Shown here piece after piece: positions 1 through 8,730 of a stretch of DNA of 64,000 nt. The notes below the pieces were generated by a model. It did not search any database, had not been told where the DNA came from, and saw only the letters and a program-made list of their open reading frames with translations. The stretch spans positions 1,664,001 through 1,728,000 of the forward strand of contig OZ244042.1 in the NCBI GenBank assembly GCA_965215015.1, read 5' to 3'. Position 1 is the first letter of the stretch. Every line of letters begins with the position of its first letter. Source of the stretch: Candidatus Poribacteria bacterium (GTDB lineage Bacteria; Poribacteria; WGA-4E; PCPOR2b). The position numbers were made by a program, and so were the translations under genes.

Positions 1-409
1 GATAAATATATACAATCGTCTGCATCGAGAGTGAGTCAATTTGCAGACGCTGCAACAGATTGTCCAATTCTTCGTTTGCCCCTGCCCATGAAGCAATCGT
101 CTGCCAGTATTCAGGATTTGCCAACCATTTTTGGCGATGATACGGATCGTGAACAGCGCGCAGCAGGAGGAGTTCGTGGTTTCCGAGAAGCGCAACAACC
201 TGATCAGGCACCTGACATTCCAGTGTGCGAATCAAATTGATGACCTGCTTGGAATCGGGACCGCTTGTAACATAATCTCCAAGGAGAAACAGACATGCCT
301 CTCCACCGAGCCATTGATCGCTTTCATCAATTAACTGGGCATGCAGAAGCAGGTTACGAAAAGCTCGGTAGTTACCATGGATATCTGAAATAATATACCA
401 TAAACGCAT
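1..409 (-). CDS. Metallophosphoesterase, PPP/Shewanella-like phosphatase family (5' part only; runs off the window edge)
   Basis: Not in the ORF track. Manual translation from ATG 409 gives MRLWYIISDIHGNYRAF...LLGDYVTSGPDS...LLGNHEL, containing DxHG, GDxVxxG and GNHE motifs. Confidence 0.85.
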   Translation of the reverse strand, partial: MRLWYIISDIHGNYRAFRNLLLHAQLIDESDQWLGGEACLFLLGDYVTSGPDSKQVINLIRTLECQVPDQVVALLGNHELLLLRAVHDPYHRQKWLANPEYWQTIASWAGANEELDNLLQRLQIDSLSMQTIVYIY

Positions 410-656
410 AAGTAATTACACGAGGGGTGCTCCTAATAGGTTTTGATGCGTATACTTCTCAATACCTTCCATGCGTAGGGGGTGGGTCTGCCAACAACCC
501 ATCTGGCTTGGGAACCAAGCCGCTACGATTGACCTAGGTGCCCTCGCTTGAATTCAGCTATAATGTGTCTCGAATTATGCACACCCCTTCATTACACAAA
601 GTAGTCTACTCTCAAGAAATTTCTAAAGCAAATCAAGAATCGGTAGATGTGTCATT

Positions 657-2030
657 TTATTTAATATTGTGCATGTAGATATCACCGATATCGCTGCGGG
701 CATCGCTCCACACAACGCTCAATTTCCCCAGCTCAGATTCCACAACATAGGGCGGCTGCTGCACACCGTCTGCCGTGCATAGCGGAATTCCATTTTCAGT
801 CCAAAGGGTCTTTCCTTCTAAATTGATTTTCTGTCCGTAGATAGCGTCATTGCTATCATCACCGTAATCTTCCCGAAAATCTAGCCACGCAACAAAAAAA
901 TTGTTTTCGTCATACCGGGTTAGAAATGGTTTGTCCTGATACCCTCCAGCTGCACACAGGGGGATTCCGTTGAGTGTCCACCGAGGGGTGCCATCAGCAC
1001 CGATTCGTTGAGCATAAAGATCTGAAAAAATGTCCCGCTCATCTCGCCAGACAGCTACCACTCCCCCGCGCCCATCGCTCGTAATTGCAGCATTTTTTTG
1101 AATACCCTCTGCATCGCAGATCGGCACACCACTTAGCTCCCAAACCTTGCTTCCCGATGCGTCTATCCGCTGGGCGTGGAAATCATCGTTGATAAAATTC
1201 TCGTAAATCTGCCAGACGATGATAAGTCCACCTTGCCCATCGGTCACCGTACGCGGCTCGCCCTGCAATCCTTCCATCGGTGAAACAACTATTGGTGCCT
1301 GCCAGCGGTGCTTGCCGTCCATGCCTATTCGGTGCGCCATGATATCCCACTGTTCGTAACCGATGACCTCCCACCAGACGACGTAGAAGCTATCTGCATC
1401 GCCGGGTACCAGCCGGGGAGTGCTCTGAAGTGCTTCGGATGGAAATACCGGTACACCATCAAGTTCCCACATCGGTTGACCGTTCATGTTAATTCGTTGG
1501 ACATAAAGGTCGTGAAGGTCGGGGTCTCGACGCCGGTCTTTCCAAACGATAATCGCTCCGCCTGATCCATCGCTCAGAATTTCTATATCAGATTGGTCTG
1601 CCGGGTGTGTACATACGGGAACACCCCCGTTGGGTATCAGCTTATTTCCTGATAGATCAATCACTTGAGCGTAGACATCCCAATTCTCCGGGGCGCGTTG
1701 ATCTGTCCAAGCGATAATTATGAAATCCTCGTTACGCACCAGCCGTAACCATCGCTGATCCCGTTTTTTTTCGCAAATTGCTATGCCTCCTTCCGTCCAT
1801 AAAGAGATGCCATCAACGTTGAACCGTTGGGCGTAAACGTCCCAATCCTTCTCAGTGCGGAAGTCCTCCCATATGACAACTGTGCCGCCAACGCCATCGC
1901 TGACCCCCCGCGGCGCAAATTGGCCTTGAGGGGCAATCGCAATGGGGATGTTCTCTGAAGCATCGGCTAGCATAGAGCCGAACAGAAGGAGCGTGCCGAA
2001 TAACATCAACCACGAACGTATCTGTTTCAT
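657..2030 (-). CDS. Secreted repeat protein, probably a beta-propeller
   Basis: N-terminal signal peptide and about 7 repeats of ~60 aa of the form DGxGGxIIVWxDxR...DIYAQRIDxxGxxxWxxxGVPIC. Confidence 0.75.
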   Translation of the reverse strand: MKQIRSWLMLFGTLLLFGSMLADASENIPIAIAPQGQFAPRGVSDGVGGTVVIWEDFRTEKDWDVYAQRFNVDGISLWTEGGIAICEKKRDQRWLRLVRNEDFIIIAWTDQRAPENWDVYAQVIDLSGNKLIPNGGVPVCTHPADQSDIEILSDGSGGAIIVWKDRRRDPDLHDLYVQRINMNGQPMWELDGVPVFPSEALQSTPRLVPGDADSFYVVWWEVIGYEQWDIMAHRIGMDGKHRWQAPIVVSPMEGLQGEPRTVTDGQGGLIIVWQIYENFINDDFHAQRIDASGSKVWELSGVPICDAEGIQKNAAITSDGRGGVVAVWRDERDIFSDLYAQRIGADGTPRWTLNGIPLCAAGGYQDKPFLTRYDENNFFVAWLDFREDYGDDSNDAIYGQKINLEGKTLWTENGIPLCTADGVQQPPYVVESELGKLSVVWSDARSDIGDIYMHNIK

Positions 2031-2122
2031 GTTTTACTCACATCCGTATCGTGTTAAGCGCAGGCGGCGTGTGTAGCCAGGATAAACTTGAGGATTTGGA
2101 GGACCATTTCAGCAGGCACGAA

Positions 2123-2923
2123 CTATTGAGGCGAATTTGCGGTCAGGTCGTCACTTGTTATCGTCGGGCACCAGAACTTCTCAATATATGCGATAATCAA
2201 TTGCGTTCCCTCCTCGTGGCTGACATAAGGGGGCTTAAACGGATTGTACATTGCATCCGTGAGATCCCGAACCAACGCAACGTTGAACTGCCCGGATCGA
2301 ACCATCGCTTTAATCGCGAAAGATCTACCTAGCACACACATATTGGTGTGGACACCCATATAGAGCAGATTCTTGATCCCCTTTTGCATAAGGAGGTTAT
2401 AGACCTCTTGGCCATTGTCGCTGATGGCATCCCCAGCCTTAATCTCAATCGCCGAGTGTTGACGGTGCCATGCTTTGAAACTGTTTTCCTCGCCGGTATC
2501 TGAACCGCCATCCGATGAATCAACTGGCTGGGGCGGGTCTGGATGCTCGATCGGGTTGGGCATTTCTACATGTGGAACATCAAGTACCCAAGCCCGCGCG
2601 GGGTGTCCGTCGTAGAAATCCATTGTATCTGAGGGCGCGTGAATAATCTGTATCCCTCGATCTCTGGCGGTATCAATGACGACGTTCATTCGTGGTGCCA
2701 TGATATTTACTCGCTCTGTTGCACCCCATGACCAGTGTTTGTTCCACATATCCACGATAATAATCGCTGTTTCGGACAGCTGCCAGAGGGCCTCCTCTTC
2801 GACAACTCGCCAACCGTTGCGTCCGGTCGTTTTAGGTGCCTGCCGCAGGGTTGTTAATTGTAGTGCGTTATTATGGGTGAGCCCGCTTGCCCCAGATGCG
2901 ATGAGTGGAATATTGGCTATCAT
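2123..2923 (-). CDS. Isochorismatase/cysteine hydrolase family protein
   Basis: IIVDMW and GVHTNMCV motifs; AGGAGG RBS upstream of the ATG. Confidence 0.8.
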   Translation of the reverse strand: MIANIPLIASGASGLTHNNALQLTTLRQAPKTTGRNGWRVVEEEALWQLSETAIIIVDMWNKHWSWGATERVNIMAPRMNVVIDTARDRGIQIIHAPSDTMDFYDGHPARAWVLDVPHVEMPNPIEHPDPPQPVDSSDGGSDTGEENSFKAWHRQHSAIEIKAGDAISDNGQEVYNLLMQKGIKNLLYMGVHTNMCVLGRSFAIKAMVRSGQFNVALVRDLTDAMYNPFKPPYVSHEEGTQLIIAYIEKFWCPTITSDDLTANSPQ

Positions 2924-2960
2924 TGTGCAGCCTCCTTACTTCCTCGATTGCTTGTGTTTT

Positions 2961-4208
2961 TTATGAAATTTCCCTCACCATGAACGTTGCATACACCTTT
3001 GTAGTCTTAACCAGATCCGATACACTGACCCGCTCGTTCATACCGTGGGCCCCCTGTCCATTGGGCCCATAACCAACGCCGGGCAGTCCACCCTCTTCGA
3101 CGAAGAAATGCAAATCGGTAAAGCCGCTTGTCGTGCTGAACTTAGTTGGTTGATGACGTATGCTACGCACTGCTCGTGCAAATGCTTGGGGAAAGTGATG
3201 TTCTGGCTCCACAACACACGGTTCAATCTTTAATATCGAAGCCACGTCTACCTTCAATTCCGGGTCAGATTGACAGGCCTCCTGAATCGCCCCACGCAGT
3301 TCCGCTTCCGCTGCTGCCAAACGCTCGTTGGGGAGGATTCTCCGATCTATGGAGAAGGTTGTCTGGGCAGGAACGGTATTGACCTTATCCCCTTCCGTGC
3401 CGTGAAAGATACCACCGATGTTAACTGTGGGGTATCGGTCATCACCCGAAAAGGTTTTGAAAACACGGTCCGACTCTTTCAAACCCTGCTTCAAGGGTTG
3501 GATCCCCGTGACGAGAGCGGCTGACTTTTCAAAAGCGTTTAACCCCTTGTCTGGATTGGCGGCATGTGCTGCTTTGCCGTAGACTTTCACTTCTAGCCAC
3601 AATACACCGTTGTGTCCCAAACCGATGTTGAGAACGGATCCGCCTTCGCAATTGACGACGTAATCCGCTTGGACCAACCCGTTGCGTACGACGTAGCCTG
3701 CCCCTAACTCGCCACCAATCTCTTCGTCGCAGGTGAGTGAACATTCGATATTGAAAGCAGGCTGGACACCGCTTTCCTGTAGTGCTGCAACCGCAAACAG
3801 CAGCGCGGCGATGGAATCCTTCATGTCGTCTGCTCCCCTGCCGTAGAGCCAATCCCCGACAATCTCTGGCTTAAATGGATTGATGCGCCAATCGCCGGAG
3901 ACAGGCACAACATCGTAGTGGGCATTGAAATGGACGGTTTTTTCTGCCCCAACGTCCCACCTCGCGAGTAGGTTCAGGCGCGGATAATTGTCGGCGTGTG
4001 GTACAATCGCTTGCGCTTCCGCCTGAGGGACTGGCACAATCTGTGTACTCATGCCGAGCACTTCGCACCGTTCCTGAAGCAGCTGGACGATTTCTGTGTA
4101 GTTTGTACCGGGCGGATTCACAGTGGGAATCCTGACCAATTCTTTCAACGAATCACAAAGCCTTGCCTTGCCCTGTTCGATGTAGTTGTATATCTTTTGC
4201 ATAATCAC
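2961..4208 (-). CDS. M20 family metallopeptidase (ArgE/DapE-like deacylase)
   Basis: HYDVVP, GRGADDMK, DEE, and C-terminal AHGMNE metal-ligand motifs. Confidence 0.9.
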   Translation of the reverse strand: MIMQKIYNYIEQGKARLCDSLKELVRIPTVNPPGTNYTEIVQLLQERCEVLGMSTQIVPVPQAEAQAIVPHADNYPRLNLLARWDVGAEKTVHFNAHYDVVPVSGDWRINPFKPEIVGDWLYGRGADDMKDSIAALLFAVAALQESGVQPAFNIECSLTCDEEIGGELGAGYVVRNGLVQADYVVNCEGGSVLNIGLGHNGVLWLEVKVYGKAAHAANPDKGLNAFEKSAALVTGIQPLKQGLKESDRVFKTFSGDDRYPTVNIGGIFHGTEGDKVNTVPAQTTFSIDRRILPNERLAAAEAELRGAIQEACQSDPELKVDVASILKIEPCVVEPEHHFPQAFARAVRSIRHQPTKFSTTSGFTDLHFFVEEGGLPGVGYGPNGQGAHGMNERVSVSDLVKTTKVYATFMVREIS

Positions 4209-4250
4209 TTCCTTTATGGTGTTGCGGCTGGCAGACCGGAGGCTTTACTA

Positions 4251-4463
4251 ACGCAAGTTGCTAGTTGAAAAACAGGGTTAAAAATTCTCGGAATTTTCAT
4301 GGTTTTCATAGTTTTGTGAAGAATTGGATAAAGCTAAAAAAGTGGGAAACCCATGCTATGACTCGTTTCTGTGCAATTTACGCGGGAACGCTGCTTGGAC
4401 ATACTATGAAATCCAGGGCGTTCCTATCTCTGACGCCTGGCTGATTAAAGTGGCAACTTGCGT
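4251..4463. mobile_element. Non-autonomous IS982-like element (MITE or internally deleted IS)
   Basis: Inverted ends ACGCAAGTTGC (4251) and GCAACTTGCGT (4453-4463). Flanks TTTACTA and CTTACTA resemble a target duplication. The left end ACGCAAGTTGCTAGTT resembles the IS982 terminus (ACCCGAATTGCTAGTT, recalled from memory). Confidence 0.55.
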
Positions 4464-4467
4464 CTTA

Positions 4468-5685
4468 CTATTCTGTAATTTCCGTTACAACTCCCATCCC
4501 AATCTTCGCTCCCATCTTCTTAATCTCGAACCGCGTGCCGATTTCTAGTGCCATCGGTACATCAAGCGAAATTCGTACGGTTGCGTGTTCGCCCGGATTG
4601 ATAATGGCAACCTCCAACGAAAGGTGAAGATGCCCTGTGACATCGATTGTCCAGAGATGAATCTCCGGTTTATCGTTCCCAACGAGGGGGATATGTGTTC
4701 CGCACTCCTCTTGGGTCATCACGTAAACCACCGCCTCAAATTCGGTGTGTGACTTGATGCTCTTCGGTTGTGAAACAACCTGCCCCGGCGTAATCCACCC
4801 CATCTCTGCATCGACTTGGACTTCATCTCCTGCACTCTTACCCGCTTCGTTGTACTTTTCCCCTGCCGAGGAGGCAGCATCGCTATGCCGCAGACCGACG
4901 CAGCGGGTTTTGATACGATCCCCTTTGCCGACGACATCAACCGGGAGCCCGACAGCAAGACCGCCTTGTACCACCTGACCGTATAATGTTGAGGTGCCTT
5001 TGGGATTGTCAATGACCTTCTCAATTGGCATCAATAATGGCAATTCGAGTGGATTCAGCGGCTGCGGCATGCAACGATTCATTGCGAAGATAAAATCGAC
5101 AATCGGTTTCCAGTGATTTGAATTAAGATTTTGTCCCTTATAGTTAAATGCCTTTTCCCCATCGCCAATGATAATGGGCGACTCCTCAGCCACATAGCTA
5201 CAATCCGTGAGTATTTCACGAATCTCCATCTCGCAAATCTCGATTAATTCCGGATCTTTAACCTTCTCTGCCTTATTCAGAAAGGTGACAACCGTAGGGA
5301 TGCGAACTTGGCTCGCAAGCCGAATCTCGGCTTCGGCTTCTGCTGTCACACCATCAACTGCACTCACTACCAAAATTGCACCGCGAATGCCCGGCGAACC
5401 ACCAATCAGCATCTTGATGTTATCCCCGTGACTTAGTCCATCAATATGTGTGTAATGTCTACCGCTTGTTTCATAATCGACCACTTTATAACTGACGTAA
5501 GTTTGCTGTCCTATTGAATGATGCGTCGGTTGCTGTGCTTCAAAGTCACCCGCATCCATCTGCGTGGAGCCAATCCGTGAAACTACCTTGATTATCCCAG
5601 CAGTCAGCGTCGTTTTACCGTGTTCCACCCCGCCGAGTGTGCAGATTGTCAACCCGTGATGCCGATATTGCCTTTTTTCATCCAT
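4468..5685 (-). CDS. Highly divergent elongation factor Tu paralog with degenerate GTPase motifs
   Basis: Collinear with EF-Tu over three domains: HGKTTLT, YETSGRHYTHID, GAILVVSAVDG, PLLMPIE, HTEFEAVVYV, GMGVVTEI. G1 is GGVEHGKT, G3 is DGLSH, G4 is NKAE. Confidence 0.85.
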   Translation of the reverse strand: MDEKRQYRHHGLTICTLGGVEHGKTTLTAGIIKVVSRIGSTQMDAGDFEAQQPTHHSIGQQTYVSYKVVDYETSGRHYTHIDGLSHGDNIKMLIGGSPGIRGAILVVSAVDGVTAEAEAEIRLASQVRIPTVVTFLNKAEKVKDPELIEICEMEIREILTDCSYVAEESPIIIGDGEKAFNYKGQNLNSNHWKPIVDFIFAMNRCMPQPLNPLELPLLMPIEKVIDNPKGTSTLYGQVVQGGLAVGLPVDVVGKGDRIKTRCVGLRHSDAASSAGEKYNEAGKSAGDEVQVDAEMGWITPGQVVSQPKSIKSHTEFEAVVYVMTQEECGTHIPLVGNDKPEIHLWTIDVTGHLHLSLEVAIINPGEHATVRISLDVPMALEIGTRFEIKKMGAKIGMGVVTEITE

Positions 5686-6197
5686 CGCTTTCCTCTCTGA
5701 CGGAAATGTGGTAAGTCATGCGTCAAACGTAAAAAATACCCACACTGTGTCATATCATTCTTGGCTCATTGAGCCTAAACCAGTATGATACTATGCAAGT
5801 ATTCTTCAGTCCCATAGATCTGTGAACCCATTGTCTACCTACTCACTGCTCCAGCATGAAGATTGGATCGAAAGATAGCATTTCATATTTTACCATAGAG
5901 GAGAGGGTAGAGTCCATTAAAAGAAAATGGAAAGCGGCAAATCTTTAGGGATTTATCCAGATTTGTAGGGGCCAGCATGATAGTAGAGATATAGGGAGCC
6001 AGTTTTGTTCGACAACGGCCAAAGCCTCGGCACCCGGTGAGATTTTACCGGCGGCGAACCTAATAGTGTCTACCGTCCCCCCGGTTATTACAGGATTAAT
6101 CCAAATTCGACGAAAAAAATTTGAAAACTCCTAGTAGGAATTTGTGTCTATGATTATAGTATGGCTGCATTAGGAGAATTGCATCCGTTTTTTAGTT

Positions 6198-6450
6198 TGT
6201 AGTAGCGCAATTCATTGCGCGTCACAAATCACCCTACTACATACCTGAGGGTTGCTTATAATAATTGTCTGAATCGCAGATTAAACAGATGATGCAGACT
6301 GCACGCGTACAGATAGGGGCCTCAGGCGGTAGACGGAACAAGATGCCCCACCGACGGGGTTGGGAGTTTAATGGCAGTTGGGCGTTATCCAAGCCATATG
6401 CGGTAACGGTTCTGGGGTTTACGGCACGGCGGAGTGTGCCTACTACTGCC
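6198..6450. repeat. Cluster of REP-like intergenic palindromic elements
   Basis: GTAGTAGCGCAATTC (6198) has a reverse copy at ~22066. TTGTCTGAATC...(6265) matches the array-unit end. ACGGCACGGCGGAGTGTGCCTACTAC (6421) resembles 51571. Confidence 0.55.
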
Positions 6451-6730
6451 ACGGAAATACAATCTCGCACATTTCATTTTAGGGGGCGTTGTCGTTTTGG
6501 GCCTAATGCTGCTGATGATAGACTTTGAAGCACAAGCACAGATTGCCTTCGTGTCTGATAGGGATGGGAACAAGGAAATCTACGTGATGAACGCCGATGG
6601 CGCACGACAGGTACGAAGACGCACTAAAAATGGCCGTGAGAACATTAATCCTGCACGGTTTGCCCTTGCTTTTGCAGTTGAAGTTGCTCCCGCAGGTAAG
6701 ACGCTTACGATGTGGGGCTGGCTCAAATAG
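6434..6730 (+). pseudogene. Internally deleted TolB/PD40-repeat secreted protein remnant
   Basis: Signal peptide, then a single repeat [22 protein letters not shown] joined almost directly to the tail [19 protein letters not shown]; too short for a propeller. Confidence 0.6.
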
Positions 6731-6747
6731 GTCAGATGATAACTACC

Positions 6748-6806
6748 ATTATCACTGAAACTGCCCGGTGTTAAGAAAAACTTGACCGGTACGCCTCTAT
6801 TACCTA
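6748..6806 (-). mobile_element. Possible short IS982-family transposase fragment
   Basis: Peptide GNRGVPVKFFLTPGSFSD resembles the G-x-PVEFFLTPGS-x-x-D segment of IS982-type DDE transposases (recalled from memory). Confidence 0.35.
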
Positions 6807-7466
6807 TCACATCCCAAGCTTCACCGAAGCGCGTTGATTCACAATCCGATCTCGTAACCCCGCAACGAGGGTCTGCAAAGCCACAGGATTCTCATCGAGA
6901 AAAGGCACAACGAGATCGGCATACTCCTTACACGGCTCGGTGTAGACCGAGAAATTGGGGATAACATCCCGACGATACCAAGCAACCGCCCCCTCAAGAT
7001 CGCCGCCGCGCTGTGCAACATCCCGTAACAGACGGCGCAGTACCCGCTCATGCGGTTCGACGTCAATGAAGAGTTTGACATCCATCAAATCTCTAAGCAC
7101 TCCATCCCACAAGATGAGATGTCCTTCAACGATGATCAGATCACTCGGTTGAATCGTGGCGGGGGCATCACCGCGTGCGAACGCCCGCGTCCCTTCGGGT
7201 GGTGTTTCAATCGGTTGACGCGCAATCAGTTGGTGGATATGTCCAAGCAGCATCTCCCACCGAACCGCATCCGGATGATTCGCAGTGATGATTTTCTCCC
7301 GTTCTTCCTGCGGGTATTCTGACCAATCTTTGAAGTAGCAATCTTGGTGAAGAATCACCGGCGAAAATTCTTTAAGCCCTTCCGCCAATACTTGCGCTAA
7401 TGTTGTTTTCCCTGATGCTGAACCGCCCGATATCCCAACCGTCACCGGTTTGAAGTTTTGGGGCAT
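6807..7466 (-). CDS. udk: Uridine kinase family protein
   Basis: GISGGSASGKTT P-loop, HQDCYFKD, NHPDA, IIVEG, RLLRD. Start moved to ATG 7466, which has an AAGGAG RBS. Confidence 0.8.
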   Translation of the reverse strand: MPQNFKPVTVGISGGSASGKTTLAQVLAEGLKEFSPVILHQDCYFKDWSEYPQEEREKIITANHPDAVRWEMLLGHIHQLIARQPIETPPEGTRAFARGDAPATIQPSDLIIVEGHLILWDGVLRDLMDVKLFIDVEPHERVLRRLLRDVAQRGGDLEGAVAWYRRDVIPNFSVYTEPCKEYADLVVPFLDENPVALQTLVAGLRDRIVNQRASVKLGM

Positions 7467-7511
7467 GTACAACTCCTTCTCGCTAATCCAGTACGGTTGT
7501 TTCACAACTTA

Positions 7512-8408
7512 TCACGGATTATACTCCCAATTCGCTTTTCGGGTTCCGTATTTTGTTCCATTGATGACAGTCTGATGGCAGTTGAGGCAAGCGTTATAGG
7601 ATTTGACCCCATGACTCTCGTGGGCAAACTCAATCTCAGGGGTGTTGTGAACATGACAGGTGAGACAGGTATAAGCCTCGTACACAGCATCTGCATGGAC
7701 ATCTAACCGATCTCCCGCTTCCTCAACCATATATTCACCCTTGTTTTTTTTATCAGTTACCAGCCAGTGCTCCCCCTTCTCTCTCGTTGAAATCGTTGTT
7801 TGTCTAGAAAGGGAAGTCCCATGCAAATCAAATTCCCACTGCAAGTCCTCTGAAACAACCCCCCCGCTATCTAAATCGCTCTGAAAGCGCGGATCGATAC
7901 TAAACAGCAGTGCCTCCGACGTATGGCATTTCACACATGGGACATCGTGAACTTCTGTCAAAGGGAAAAATTCATCGTGATCTAATTTTTCTCTGCCGTG
8001 CAAGACAACGGTAAGCAGCAAGATTGGTGCGAGGGCAAGGTGGCAGCGGAGAAGAATGCGTCGGGCGTGGTGTGCAGTAAAACTGAGGGCAATGCCGGTC
8101 CCAAGGTTGAGTAGGGTTAGCGTAAACGCCAACCACGAGTGCCACGCAAGCGGTTGAGCCGCTGAGTGGATAAGAACAAGAGACAATCCTAACGATGCGA
8201 GCCTTTGATGGTATTTGAGCCAGACCTGTCGGCTTCCCCATCGGATTAACCGTGTCCGCAGAATATAGCCACTCGCAATGAAAATGATGAGGACACCGAT
8301 GATACTGAGCGTATGTCGCGCTTCGCCGAAGCTCGATCTGAGGATAAAGAAAAGGGATATAAGAATTGCCCCAACAACCCCTTGAGCAATTTGAACGAAT
8401 GGATTCAT
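7512..8408 (-). CDS. Membrane protein with His-bearing TM helices and a C-terminal triheme c-type cytochrome domain
   Basis: About 5 hydrophobic helices with His residues, then CVKCH, CLTCH and CLNCH heme-c motifs. Confidence 0.75.
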   Translation of the reverse strand: MNPFVQIAQGVVGAILISLFFILRSSFGEARHTLSIIGVLIIFIASGYILRTRLIRWGSRQVWLKYHQRLASLGLSLVLIHSAAQPLAWHSWLAFTLTLLNLGTGIALSFTAHHARRILLRCHLALAPILLLTVVLHGREKLDHDEFFPLTEVHDVPCVKCHTSEALLFSIDPRFQSDLDSGGVVSEDLQWEFDLHGTSLSRQTTISTREKGEHWLVTDKKNKGEYMVEEAGDRLDVHADAVYEAYTCLTCHVHNTPEIEFAHESHGVKSYNACLNCHQTVINGTKYGTRKANWEYNP

Positions 8409-8600
8409 AAGCGGAAAAATTAACAAAAAAGCTGAGTCATGTGATAGGAGTGTAGTTTTAAGAGAAGCATTCCAGGCGATAGGTGAGGCGAGTACCGATC
8501 GAACCTCGAAGCGAATGAAAAATACTCAGGGAAACCACAATTTCCAAAATTGACCCAGCTTTCGATTTTTGGAGGCAAATGTAATTATATAATATGGACG

Positions 8601-8617
8601 CGCAATCTTTGTGCCAA
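8601..8617 (-). promoter_or_regulatory. Sigma-54 (-24/-12) promoter upstream of the multiheme gene
   Basis: Minus strand TTGGCACAAAGATTGCG fits TGGCAC-N5-TTGC. Confidence 0.7.
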
Positions 8618-8699
8618 AGTTGACATCCCGCTGAAGCCTTAAATAATTAGAACACAACTTTGTTAAGATGTCAAGTGTTGTGCAAATATTTAACGGTGG

Positions 8700-8716
8700 T
8701 GTTCAGATTTTGAACA
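8700..8716. promoter_or_regulatory. Palindromic operator, putative upstream activator site
   Basis: TGTTCA-GATTT-TGAACA about 85 bp upstream of the sigma-54 site; identical copy at 22168-22184. Confidence 0.55.
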
Positions 8717-8730
8717 GCCTGAACCCGCTT

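Noticed and set aside
4468-5685. SelB or canonical tuf
   Set aside because: No C-terminal winged-helix domain IV (not SelB), and the G motifs are too degenerate for housekeeping EF-Tu.
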